Shown in pieces: positions 18,235 to 27,793 of a stretch of 64,000 nt of DNA. The DNA lies in the NCBI GenBank assembly GCA_965237525.1, contig CBDEFO010000008.1:1696001-1760000 (forward strand). Reading direction: 5' to 3'. Every line of letters starts with the position of its first letter. Within the stretch, counting starts at the first letter, position 1. This stretch comes from Candidatus Latescibacterota bacterium (GTDB taxonomy: Bacteria; Latescibacterota; CBDEFO01). The notes under the pieces are model-generated. The model saw only the letters and a program-made list of their open reading frames with translations, had not been told where the DNA came from and ran no database searches. The position numbers were made by a program, and so were the translations under genes.

Positions 18235-19977
18235 ATGCTTATAGACAAACTTAAAGAGATACAAGAGGAACACGGCTACCTTCCGCAAGACGAGCTTACT
18301 TCTCTGTCCGAGCAGGAGCATATCCCCCTTTATGATATTCACGGGGTAGCAAGCTTCTATCCGCATTTCCATCTGGAGCCTCCGCCGCAGATAGAGGTGA
18401 AGGTGTGCACGGATATGTCCTGCCATCTGAGGGGAGCGTCGCGGGTTATGGATGAGGCCAAAAGTTCCGTCTCAAAATTGGACAAGAATAAAGCCTCTGT
18501 CTCGGAAGTATCGTGTCTGGGACAGTGCGACGGTGCTCCCGCCATATCCATCAACGGCCGGAGTTACAACAAAGTTGCAGGGGAAAAGCTGAAATCCTTG
18601 ATGGAGAAGCTATCATCTGGAGATCTTCCGGGAAGGCAGCCGATGCGGGTAGCGGATACGAATTTCAAGATCGATCCCTATAAGAGATCCGAGCCGTTCA
18701 GGGCACTGAGGGAACTCCTCAAGAGCGGGGACTCACAAAGATGCATCCAGGTGCTCAAGGAGAGTGGCCTCCTGGGCATGGGCGGAGCGGGATTCCGAAC
18801 GGGCTTAAAGTGGGAGATCGTGGGCAAGGAAAAAAGCGACAAGAAATACATAATCTGCAACGCAGACGAGAGCGAACCGGGCACCTGCAAGGACAGGGTC
18901 TTAATGGAGACGCTCCCCGACCTGATGATAGAGGGCATGATAATCGGAGGATTCGTCGTAGGCTCCGACGAAGGCTATATATTCATCCGGCATGAGTACG
19001 ATAGACAAAGAGAGATTCTGGAAAGAGCAATAAGGGCTTGTCGAGATCAAGGCCTGATAGGCAGCGATATTCTGGACTCCGGGTTCGACTTTAACATAAG
19101 CATATTTGAGAGTCCGGGAGGCTATATATGCGGTGAGGAGACGGCTCTGTTGGAGGCGATGGAGGGCAAGAGGGCGGAGCCGAGGAATAAACCTCCATTT
19201 CCGGGAAGTTTCGGCCTCTGGGGAAAGCCGACGCTCATCAACAACGTGGAGACCTTCGCCTTTGTGCCGGGGATACTGATCAAAGGCTCCCAGTGGTTCA
19301 AAGACTGTGGTGCCAACGGGTCGGACGGCCTTAAATTTCTGGCTCTGAGCGGTCACGTCAGGAACCCCGGGGTCTATGAGGTTCCCTTGGGCATCTCTGC
19401 CAGGGACTTTATTTGCAAATACGGAAGTGGAATGGTGGGAAATAGTAAGCTAAAGGCGTTCGCTCCCGGAGGGGCCTCGTCCGGATTTCTGCCGGGAGAG
19501 ATGGCTGACGTAGCGCTCGATTTCAAAGCCCTATCTGACGCAGGTTCGATGCTCGGCTCAGGTGCTGTCGTGGCTGTGGCAGATGGGACGTGTATGCTGG
19601 ATCTGGCGAAGAATGTGATAAAGTTCTTCAGAAACGAGTCCTGCGGCAAGTGCGTGCCCTGCAGGGTCGGCTCGCAGAAGCTAGTGGATATATTGGAGGG
19701 CACAAGCAGGGGAGAAGGTACAGAGCAGGATTTGGAGCCTATCCTGGAGCTCTCGGAGGCTATGCAGCTTACGTCCATCTGCGGATTGGGACAGGCTGCC
19801 CCCTACCCTGTTTTGTCTGTGCTTAAATATTTCAAAGATGAGGTCTACGACCACATTGCAAAGGGGAAGTGCCCGTCGGGAGTGTGTTTAACGAGTAGAC
19901 AGCAAACAGTAGACAGTAGACAGGGGATACATCCTCCCCCCTCCGAGATTGCTTCGGGGTTGCACCCCTCGCAATGA
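18235..19977 (+). CDS. NuoE-NuoF fusion; NAD-linked formate dehydrogenase gamma/beta-like subunit
   Basis: CTDMSC..CLGQC (2Fe-2S), GMGGAGF, NADESEPGT, YICGEETAL, ESCGKCVPC..SICGLG; ATG 18235. Confidence 0.92.
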   Translation: MLIDKLKEIQEEHGYLPQDELTSLSEQEHIPLYDIHGVASFYPHFHLEPPPQIEVKVCTDMSCHLRGASRVMDEAKSSVSKLDKNKASVSEVSCLGQCDGAPAISINGRSYNKVAGEKLKSLMEKLSSGDLPGRQPMRVADTNFKIDPYKRSEPFRALRELLKSGDSQRCIQVLKESGLLGMGGAGFRTGLKWEIVGKEKSDKKYIICNADESEPGTCKDRVLMETLPDLMIEGMIIGGFVVGSDEGYIFIRHEYDRQREILERAIRACRDQGLIGSDILDSGFDFNISIFESPGGYICGEETALLEAMEGKRAEPRNKPPFPGSFGLWGKPTLINNVETFAFVPGILIKGSQWFKDCGANGSDGLKFLALSGHVRNPGVYEVPLGISARDFICKYGSGMVGNSKLKAFAPGGASSGFLPGEMADVALDFKALSDAGSMLGSGAVVAVADGTCMLDLAKNVIKFFRNESCGKCVPCRVGSQKLVDILEGTSRGEGTEQDLEPILELSEAMQLTSICGLGQAAPYPVLSVLKYFKDEVYDHIAKGKCPSGVCLTSRQQTVDSRQGIHPPPSEIASGLHPSQ

Positions 19978-20072
19978 CTAAGGCAGGAGTAGGAAATGAC
20001 TGGAGTCCCAAGCCAAGCAATGTCATTGCAAGCCCTTTTTAATTGTCATTGCGAGCGAAGCGAAGCAATCTC
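19893..20072. repeat. Composite dispersed repeat cluster overlapping the nuoEF 3' end
   Basis: GAGTAGACAGCAAACAGTAGACAGTAGACAGGGG, hairpin 19945-19978, inverted GTCATTGCGAGCGAAGCGAAGCAATCTC at 20045-20072. Confidence 0.85.
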
Positions 20073-20134
20073 AATACTGAGGACCGAATAACTCTGAAGT
20101 AATTAGTGTCATTCTGTATGGTAAGGAGAAAAAT

Positions 20135-22072
20135 ATGGGCCTAAACTTGACAAAGAAGATTCTAAATGAACATCTGGTCTCCGGGGAACTGAATCCCGGC
20201 GAGGAGATCGCTATTGGCATAGACCAGGTCCTTATACAGGACCTTACAGGGACGCAGGCGGTTGTGCACTTTGAGGCTATGGGGCTTGAGAGGGTGCGCT
20301 GCAAGGTCGCCGTCTGCTTTGCCGATCACAATGTGCTGCAGGTGAAACCGGAGAACATGGAGGATCACCTCTATCTGCAGAGCGCCTGCCGGAAGTACGG
20401 GGTATGGTTTGCCAAGCCGGCGTCAGGCATCGGACATCAGATACATTTAGAGCACTTTGCCGTCCCGGGGGAGACCGCCCTGGGCGCTGACAGCCACACG
20501 CCTCACTGCGGCGGGATAGGGATGATGGCTATCGGAGCGGGCGGCCGCGACGTAGCAGTAGCTATGGGCGGAGGGTCTTATCATATTACTATGCCGAAGG
20601 TGGTCTGCGTACGTCTTGAGGGAGAACTTCAGCCCTGGTGCACAGCCAAGGACGTGATATTGGAACTTCTGCGACGTCTCTCGGCTCGCGGCGGATACGG
20701 CAAGATCTTTGAATTTACAGGACCCGGAATCGAGACCCTCAACGCCCAACAGCGTGTCACTATCACCAATATGTGCACAGAGTTAGGGGCTACAACGGGC
20801 ATCTTCCCAAGCGACGAGATCACATTGGAGTTCTTCCGCCGCCTGGGGCGGGAGGAGGACTGGCGCGAGGCGCTCCCCGACCCGGACGCCGAATACGATG
20901 AAGTTATCCAACTGGATCTTTCCCGGATCGAACCCTTAGTAGCCCTTCCGAGCCTGCCTGATAATGTCGTCCCTGTCCGAGAAGTGGCGGGGACTAAAAT
21001 AGAGCAGGTCATGGTGGGAAGCTGCACGAACGGGTCGTACACAGACCTTCAGGCTGTGGCCAAGATCATGCGCGGTCAGAGGGTCCATCCCGAAGTTACA
21101 TTCTTCGTACATCCCAGCAGTCGCTCGGCTCTGGAGCTGTTAGCCAGGGAGGGTCACCTCACAGAACTTATCGCAGCGGGTGTAAACGTGGCTGAGGCTA
21201 CGTGCGGGGCGTGCATAGGCAGCGGGCACGTGCCGGCACCGGGGACGAAGAGCCTGAGGGCTGTCAACCGGAACTTCAAAGGGAGAAGCGGACTTAACGA
21301 AGACCAGGTATATCTATCCAGTTCAGAGACCGCCACAGCTACGGCTATCCGGGGCGTGCTCACCGACCCTCGGGATCTGGACGTACCAGCACCTGCCGCG
21401 GAACTGCCCTCTCGCATAGATCAGAATAATCCCAATTTGATCCCTCCTGTGTCCGCTGAGGAGGCTGAGAATCTGACCGTGGAACGGGGTGAAAACATCG
21501 TCCCCGCGCCTCTGAAGGATCCGCTTGAGGAGAATCCGGTAGGTGAAGCACTGATCAAGGTGGGAGACGACATCAGCACCGATGACATCATGCCCGCAAG
21601 TTCGGAGATACTGGCGTATCGTTCGAATATACCCAAAATCAGCGAATTTGTCTATCATCGCCTGGACCCGGAGTTCAGCAAAAGGACATTGGAGAAAAAG
21701 GGCGGCTTTATCGTCGGAGGCGACAATTACGGTCAGGGATCATCCCGCGAGCATGCGGCAATAGCTCCGATGTATCTGGGTGTTAAAGGCGTCATCGCCA
21801 AGTCCTTTGCGCGAATACACTACGCCAATCTGGTCAACTGGGGACTTTTGCCTCTGGTCTTCCAGAATCCGTCCGATTATGACAAGATCGATCAGGGTGA
21901 CGAGTTCTCTATACAGAACGCGCACAAAGGAGTAGACGAACTCTCTTTGACAGTGGAGAACAGGACCAAAAAGTTCAGCTTCAACGTGACCATGGACCTG
22001 ACAGAGCGTCAGAAGGCTCTCTTGAAGGCGGGAGGATTGCTGCCGTACACGCGCCAGACAGGGCAAGATTAG
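20135..22072 (+). CDS. Aconitate hydratase
   Basis: LIQD, GADSHT, GSCTN, CGACIG, NRNFKGR, ISTDDI, NYGQGSSREHA. Confidence 0.95.
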   Translation: MGLNLTKKILNEHLVSGELNPGEEIAIGIDQVLIQDLTGTQAVVHFEAMGLERVRCKVAVCFADHNVLQVKPENMEDHLYLQSACRKYGVWFAKPASGIGHQIHLEHFAVPGETALGADSHTPHCGGIGMMAIGAGGRDVAVAMGGGSYHITMPKVVCVRLEGELQPWCTAKDVILELLRRLSARGGYGKIFEFTGPGIETLNAQQRVTITNMCTELGATTGIFPSDEITLEFFRRLGREEDWREALPDPDAEYDEVIQLDLSRIEPLVALPSLPDNVVPVREVAGTKIEQVMVGSCTNGSYTDLQAVAKIMRGQRVHPEVTFFVHPSSRSALELLAREGHLTELIAAGVNVAEATCGACIGSGHVPAPGTKSLRAVNRNFKGRSGLNEDQVYLSSSETATATAIRGVLTDPRDLDVPAPAAELPSRIDQNNPNLIPPVSAEEAENLTVERGENIVPAPLKDPLEENPVGEALIKVGDDISTDDIMPASSEILAYRSNIPKISEFVYHRLDPEFSKRTLEKKGGFIVGGDNYGQGSSREHAAIAPMYLGVKGVIAKSFARIHYANLVNWGLLPLVFQNPSDYDKIDQGDEFSIQNAHKGVDELSLTVENRTKKFSFNVTMDLTERQKALLKAGGLLPYTRQTGQD

Positions 22073-22103
22073 GCAATTATCGATTATCTTAAGGGAATAG
22101 AGT

Positions 22104-22868
22104 ATGAACGAGATACACGAGGGAAATCGTAAAGGTTGGGATGCTGTATCTCCATATTGGCAAGAGAGAGTTGATGCATCTGGGGAATGGAGGAGATGTC
22201 ATATCGATCCAAGCTTGGCTTTGAATGAGCAAGAGTTGGGATACCTGGGAGATGTCTCCGGAAAGAATGTCTGCGTACTCGGCAGCGGCGACAATTTGGT
22301 AACATTCGCTTTTGCTGGACTGGGGGCGAGAGTTACCTCTATCGATATTTCGCAGAAACAGTTAGACATTGCCGCCAAGAGGGCTGGCGAACTTGGGCTT
22401 AATATCTCCTTCATCCGTGCAGACGTGATAAATCTGAGTCCCTTAGGAGATGAAACTTTTGAGGTGGTTTACACCGGAGGCCATGTGGCGGTTTGGGTTT
22501 CAGATCTAAAGAAATATTATTCAGAGGCTTACCGGATTCTCAAACCAGGGGGTATGTTCATAGTCAATGAATATCACCCATTTCGCCGACTTTGGAAGGA
22601 TTTATCGAGCCAGCTTGAAATGGAATTTGGGTATTTTGATAGAGGTCCTCATAGATTTGATCGTTCAGCAGAAGTCCCCGGAGCGGAAGAGTGTTCACTG
22701 CCGAGTTATGAGTTTCACTGGACTGTCGGTGACTATGTAACGGCAATAATTGATGCAGGCTGTGAATTGTTGGCGGTAAATGAAATTGGCGATCGACAGT
22801 ACGATTGGGAAGATGCGCCATTGGAGGGATTACCCGAAGATTTGCTGATGGTAGGTAGAAAAAGATGA
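22104..22868 (+). CDS. Class I SAM-dependent methyltransferase
   Basis: VCVLGSGD, IDIS, RILKPGG, EYHPF. Confidence 0.9.
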   Translation: MNEIHEGNRKGWDAVSPYWQERVDASGEWRRCHIDPSLALNEQELGYLGDVSGKNVCVLGSGDNLVTFAFAGLGARVTSIDISQKQLDIAAKRAGELGLNISFIRADVINLSPLGDETFEVVYTGGHVAVWVSDLKKYYSEAYRILKPGGMFIVNEYHPFRRLWKDLSSQLEMEFGYFDRGPHRFDRSAEVPGAEECSLPSYEFHWTVGDYVTAIIDAGCELLAVNEIGDRQYDWEDAPLEGLPEDLLMVGRKR

Positions 22869-22975
22869 GCTATAAAGTGATGAACCCCCCAATAGGTATC
22901 CCTTAACGCTGATCCTGGTTACAAGAGGTGGATAAGAATGGAAGTCTTCTTAAAGAGGCTGACAAAGGAAGTATC

Positions 22976-25729
22976 ATGCCGAGTGATATAAATTTGACAA
23001 TAGATGACCTACCTGTGGTTGTCCCCCAGGGGAAAACTATATTCGATGCGGCTTCGGAGATCGGGATAGATATACCTGTGCTGTGCCATGAGCCGAAACT
23101 GGAGCCAGTGGGCGTATGCAGGGTCTGCGCAGTCGAGGTAGAGGGCTCAAGGGTGCCCCCCGCTGCCTGCATAAGGAAGGCCGAAGAGGGGATGGTCGTA
23201 AGGACGAATACCGAGAGGATAGAACGCTCAAGGAAGACCCTGGTGGAACTGCTCCTTGCCGATCACCCGATACCCTGCCAGAAGCACGAAAAATACGGCA
23301 ACTGCGAGCTTGAGCTTATGGCCTCAAAGATGGGCGTGAAGGCATCGAGGTTCAAAAGCAGAGCATGGGAAGATGGACACGATATATCTTCTGCCGTGAT
23401 TTCGGTAGATCACACGGCCTGCATTATGTGCGACAGATGCATCAGGGCGTGCGATGAGATTCAAGTGAATTTAGTGATAGGCAGGGCAGGCAAGGGCTAT
23501 TCGGCGCACATAGCATTCGACAACGACATCCCGATGGGAGATTCCAGCTGCGTGTCGTGCGGAGAGTGCATGGCTTACTGTCCAACAGGTGCGTTGATAG
23601 ACAAACCGATTCTTAAAGAGGTGATCCCCAAGGAGAGTCCCACCAAAGCGATAGACTCCATATGTCCCTACTGCGGAGTCGGGTGCAGTCTGACGTATCA
23701 CGTCACAGACGACAAGATAGTAAACGTAAGCGGAAGGGCGAGTCCGGTAAATCACGGGAGGCTCTGTGTAAAGGGGAGATATGGCTTTGACTACGCTCAT
23801 CATCCCACCAGACTGACGACTCCCCTGATCAGAAAGGAGGACTATCCCAAGACGATCCAGACAGAAAATCCCCCAGAAAATCCAATAGACGCTTTCAGAG
23901 AGGCCACCTGGGACGAGGCTATGGCGCTTTCTGCGTCGAAGTTCATGGAGATAAAAAACAACATCGGTCCCCAGGCTCTGGCGGGATTCGGATCGGCAAA
24001 GTGCTCCAACGAGGATAACTTCCTGTTCCAGAAGCTGATAAGGGCTGTGTTCGGCACCAATAATGTAGACCACTGTACGAGATTGTGTCACGCCTCATCG
24101 GTTGCGGCCCTGATGGAGACCATCGGAAGCGGAGCTGTATCGAACGTCTTTGCCGATGTGCGCTACGCCGATGTCGCCGTTGTGATCGGTGCAAATCCAA
24201 CGGAGAACCACCCTGTGGCGGCTACATTTATGAAGCAGGCGGTCTTAAAGGGCACAAAGCTTATAGTAATTGATCCCCGAAGGCCTCCTCTGGCCCAGAA
24301 CGCCGACTATTACGTCAGGTTCAATCCCGGAACCGACGTGGCCCTCTTAAACGGGATGATGAACGTAATCATAAGCCAAGGTCTGCACGATGAGGAGTTC
24401 ATAGACAGAAGGACGGTGGGATTTTCAAAGCTGAAGGAGACGGTGAAAGACTACACGCCTGAAGTAGCGGAGAAGATAACGGGGGTTCCAAAAGATGTAA
24501 TTGTAGAGGTGGCCCGGTGCTACGGCAAGGCGAAAAATGCTATGATATTCTGGGGCATGGGCATCTCACAGCATACGACGGGGACAGACAACGCAAGGTC
24601 TCTTGTCTCATTAGCCCTTCTGACGGGGAATATCGGGAGACCAGGAACGGGTCTGCATCCACTGAGAGGACAGAACAACGTACAGGGCGCCTCAGATGTT
24701 GGGCTCATACCGATGGTCTATCCGGGTTATCAAAAGGTGGACGATCCAAGCGTGCGAAATAGGTTTGAAGATGTCTGGGGCGTGCCTCTGGATCCAGACC
24801 CGGGTCTTACGGTAGTGGAGATCATGACTGCCGCTCTGGACGGCAAGATCAAAGGCATGTTTATAATGGGCGAAAATCCACTCTTGAGCGATCCGAATAC
24901 CAACAAGGTGAAAAAGTGCCTTTCGTCCCTGGAGTTCTTAGTTGTGCAGGATATATTTTTGACAGAAACGGCCGAGTTTGCCGACGTAGTTCTGCCTGCT
25001 ACGAGCTTTGCCGAAAAGGATGGGACTTACACAAATACTGACAGGAGGGTCCAAAGAGGTCGGAAGGCCGTAAATCCTCCGGGAGGGGCAAGGGAGGACT
25101 GGAAGATCCTGGCGGAGCTTTCCACAAGGATGGGCTATCCTATGGAATACGATTCGCCAGAGGAGATATTTGCGGAGATAAAAAGGGTCACGCCCAGCTA
25201 TGGGGGGCTTACGTATGAGAGGATAGAAAAGGAGGGTCTGCTGTGGCCCTGTCCCGACGAAGATCACGCGGGAACGTCTGTTCTCTTTGCCGACACGTTC
25301 CCCAGCGGCAAAGGCAAGTTCGTGCCCGCACAGTTTGCCCTACCGAAGGAACTTCCGGACGAGGAATATCCGTATGTTCTGAACACCGGAAGGGTACTTC
25401 AGCACTGGCATACAGGGACGATGACCAGAAGGTCTAGGGCCCTCGACCAGATGAGCCCTGAGCCGTTTGTAGAGATGCACCCTCTGGATATGGAAAGGTT
25501 GGGCGTTGCTGACGGACAATTCGTGAAAGTCTCCTCCAGAAGAGGAGAGATAACGTTGAAGACGAGGCATTCACCGAAGGTCTCAAAGAGCAACGTCTTT
25601 ATCCCCTTCCACTTCAAGGAAGCGGCGGCCAACGTGCTTACCATAGACGAATTGGATCCCTACGCCAAGATCCCGGAGTTCAAGTTCTGTGCCGTGAAGA
25701 TAGAAAAAATATTAGACAGCAAACAGTAG
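22976..25729 (+). CDS. fdhF: Formate dehydrogenase alpha subunit (Mo/W-bisPGD, Cys ligand)
   Basis: N-terminal Fe-S domains, CPYCGVGC, DHCTRLCHASS, LRGQNNVQG, KIPEFKFCAV. Confidence 0.96.
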   Translation: MPSDINLTIDDLPVVVPQGKTIFDAASEIGIDIPVLCHEPKLEPVGVCRVCAVEVEGSRVPPAACIRKAEEGMVVRTNTERIERSRKTLVELLLADHPIPCQKHEKYGNCELELMASKMGVKASRFKSRAWEDGHDISSAVISVDHTACIMCDRCIRACDEIQVNLVIGRAGKGYSAHIAFDNDIPMGDSSCVSCGECMAYCPTGALIDKPILKEVIPKESPTKAIDSICPYCGVGCSLTYHVTDDKIVNVSGRASPVNHGRLCVKGRYGFDYAHHPTRLTTPLIRKEDYPKTIQTENPPENPIDAFREATWDEAMALSASKFMEIKNNIGPQALAGFGSAKCSNEDNFLFQKLIRAVFGTNNVDHCTRLCHASSVAALMETIGSGAVSNVFADVRYADVAVVIGANPTENHPVAATFMKQAVLKGTKLIVIDPRRPPLAQNADYYVRFNPGTDVALLNGMMNVIISQGLHDEEFIDRRTVGFSKLKETVKDYTPEVAEKITGVPKDVIVEVARCYGKAKNAMIFWGMGISQHTTGTDNARSLVSLALLTGNIGRPGTGLHPLRGQNNVQGASDVGLIPMVYPGYQKVDDPSVRNRFEDVWGVPLDPDPGLTVVEIMTAALDGKIKGMFIMGENPLLSDPNTNKVKKCLSSLEFLVVQDIFLTETAEFADVVLPATSFAEKDGTYTNTDRRVQRGRKAVNPPGGAREDWKILAELSTRMGYPMEYDSPEEIFAEIKRVTPSYGGLTYERIEKEGLLWPCPDEDHAGTSVLFADTFPSGKGKFVPAQFALPKELPDEEYPYVLNTGRVLQHWHTGTMTRRSRALDQMSPEPFVEMHPLDMERLGVADGQFVKVSSRRGEITLKTRHSPKVSKSNVFIPFHFKEAAANVLTIDELDPYAKIPEFKFCAVKIEKILDSKQ

Positions 25730-25832
25730 ACAGGGGCACCGTATCCCCTCCCACCAGATCGCTTCGGGAGATGGGCAGGGATGCCCTGTATGCTGTCTAA
25801 CTAGACAGAATGTCTGTTCTACTGTCTACTGC
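25712..25832. repeat. Dispersed repeat cluster with head-to-head AGTAGACAG units
   Basis: TAGACAGCAAACAGTAGACAGGGG ... CCCTGTATGCTGTCTA ... CTACTGTCTACTG. Confidence 0.75.
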
Positions 25833-25856
25833 ATTTAGATAGGTGGTGAACACAAC

Positions 25857-26750
25857 ATGTCAGGAGTCATAACTAAACTCTCGGAGCTATCCACAAAGAT
25901 AGTGGATACCTACGAGGAATACGGCGGCATCAACAGAATCGACAGCGAGAATTTTCCATCAAGAGAAAACGTTGTCTCGATACTTGAAGACCTCTTCTCG
26001 GTCACCTTCCCCGGCTATTTCGGAGACCCTGTTCCCTCAAGGGACAATATCCCCCTTTATGTGGACACCCTCTTGAACTCGATCTACATCCGGCTCTCAG
26101 ACGAAATAGCAAAGAGCTTCAGATGTTTCTCCGAAAAGGGTGATCCGCGAAAAGACTGCGAGAAGACGGCGGCGAACTTTGCCCTTGCTCTCCTTGGGAA
26201 GATACCTAAAGTACGTCAACTTTTGAATATAGATATCCAGGCCGCATACGAGGGCGATCCTGCCGCAAAGAACCGTGCAGAGATAATAACGTGCTACCCC
26301 TGCACAATCGCAATATCCACCTACCGCATCGCTCACGAACTCTATTTGATGGACATCCCCTTAATACCGAGGATTATGGGCGAATGGGCTCACAGCGGAA
26401 CGGGGATAGACATCCATCCAGGTGCAAAGATTGGGGAACGCTTCTTCGTAGATCACGGCACCGGCGTGGTCATTGGGGAGACCACTCTGATCGGAAATGA
26501 CGTGAAGATATACCAGGGCGTGACTCTCGGCGCACTGAGCTTCCCCAAAGACGAGTGCGGTAAGATCAAGAAAGGCGGCAAACGCCATCCCACGATAGAG
26601 GACGAGGTCGTCATCTACTCAGGGGCCACCATCCTGGGCGGCGACACGATCATCGGAAAGGGCTCCGTCATAGGAGCCAGCGCCTGGGTCATCTCCTCAG
26701 TCCCGCCGGGGACGAAGGTCATGATAGATGTAAGTCAGGAGATCAAATAG
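25857..26750 (+). CDS. cysE: Serine O-acetyltransferase
   Basis: GDPAA, YRIAH, TGIDIHPGAKIG, DHGTGVVIGET, KRHPT. Confidence 0.95.
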   Translation: MSGVITKLSELSTKIVDTYEEYGGINRIDSENFPSRENVVSILEDLFSVTFPGYFGDPVPSRDNIPLYVDTLLNSIYIRLSDEIAKSFRCFSEKGDPRKDCEKTAANFALALLGKIPKVRQLLNIDIQAAYEGDPAAKNRAEIITCYPCTIAISTYRIAHELYLMDIPLIPRIMGEWAHSGTGIDIHPGAKIGERFFVDHGTGVVIGETTLIGNDVKIYQGVTLGALSFPKDECGKIKKGGKRHPTIEDEVVIYSGATILGGDTIIGKGSVIGASAWVISSVPPGTKVMIDVSQEIK

Positions 26751-26940
26751 ACCAGCAGGCAGGTGGTCCCCGATTGAGCCCCCGACTGGATCGGGGTCGG
26801 GGATATGAAGCTCCAAAGTATCTGACCACAATGTAGGGGCGAGGCGCCGTGGGCGCTTTGCTGGGGAGTGGAGGCAGGAAAGCACGAAGTGCCCTCGTCC
26901 ATGTCAGACAGGAATGTCTGCCCCACCAAGGAATTGTCGT

Positions 26941-27702
26941 ATGAACCTTGAACTGTCCAGAGTAGTTAAAGAATACACCTTACGGCGGCGGCTCCGCTTT
27001 TTCCCCCGAACAAGGCGGGCGCCCTGCTCCCAGAAGCCATTCCGCCTTCATGTGGATATAAACGCTCAGGACGGTGTGAACATCCTCTTTGGGAGATCCG
27101 GCGCGGGTAAAACTACAGCCCTGAGACTGATTTCGGGCATGCTTACGCCCGACAGCGGAAAGATAGTCTTCAACGGGACTGTGTTCTTCGATTCAGACAA
27201 GGACATAGACCTCCCTATTCACCAGCGAAATATAGGCTTCGTATTCCAGAACTACGCTCTCTTCCCTCACATGAGCGCCTACGACAATATCGCCTACGGA
27301 GCCGTGGAGGTAACCCGGATCGAGGAATACTTAGACCTCTTCAAGATAGCTCACCTCAAAGATCGTCATCCGTTTGAGCTTTCGGGCGGCGAACAGCAGA
27401 GAGTAGCCGTCCTGCGAGCCCTTGCCACAAAGCCCAAATTGATGCTCCTGGACGAACCCCTTTCATCCGTGGACGAAGAGGTAAGAGAGGTCCTTTTAGA
27501 CGAACTAATGAAGATCAGGCTGATCTACAAGATTCCCTTCATATACGTGACTCACAACGTTTCAGAGGCGTTGAGGATAGGGGATTTCGTCTATGTGATA
27601 GACGAAGGCAGGATAGTCAAAAGTGGAGAGCCTGCGGAGGTCCTGAACACTCCGGGACGCGTGAGGGAGATGCATTCAGGCACGGATCAGGACTGGGTGT
27701 GA
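26941..27702 (+). CDS. ABC transporter ATP-binding protein, ModC-like
   Basis: GRSGAGKTT, FFDS..IDLP..QRNIGFVFQNYALFPH, LSGGEQQR, LLDEP. Confidence 0.85.
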   Translation: MNLELSRVVKEYTLRRRLRFFPRTRRAPCSQKPFRLHVDINAQDGVNILFGRSGAGKTTALRLISGMLTPDSGKIVFNGTVFFDSDKDIDLPIHQRNIGFVFQNYALFPHMSAYDNIAYGAVEVTRIEEYLDLFKIAHLKDRHPFELSGGEQQRVAVLRALATKPKLMLLDEPLSSVDEEVREVLLDELMKIRLIYKIPFIYVTHNVSEALRIGDFVYVIDEGRIVKSGEPAEVLNTPGRVREMHSGTDQDWV

Positions 27703-27793
27703 AGGACTCCACCTTTAAGGATGGAGATTGTTAACAAGCAAGGTTTCGCCCTTCTTAGCAAAAGTTCCCTTCTAACCAACACTTTGGTTCGTC

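Noticed and set aside
24060..24100. Selenocysteine in formate dehydrogenase
   Set aside because: The active-site codon is TGT (RLCH); there is no in-frame TGA
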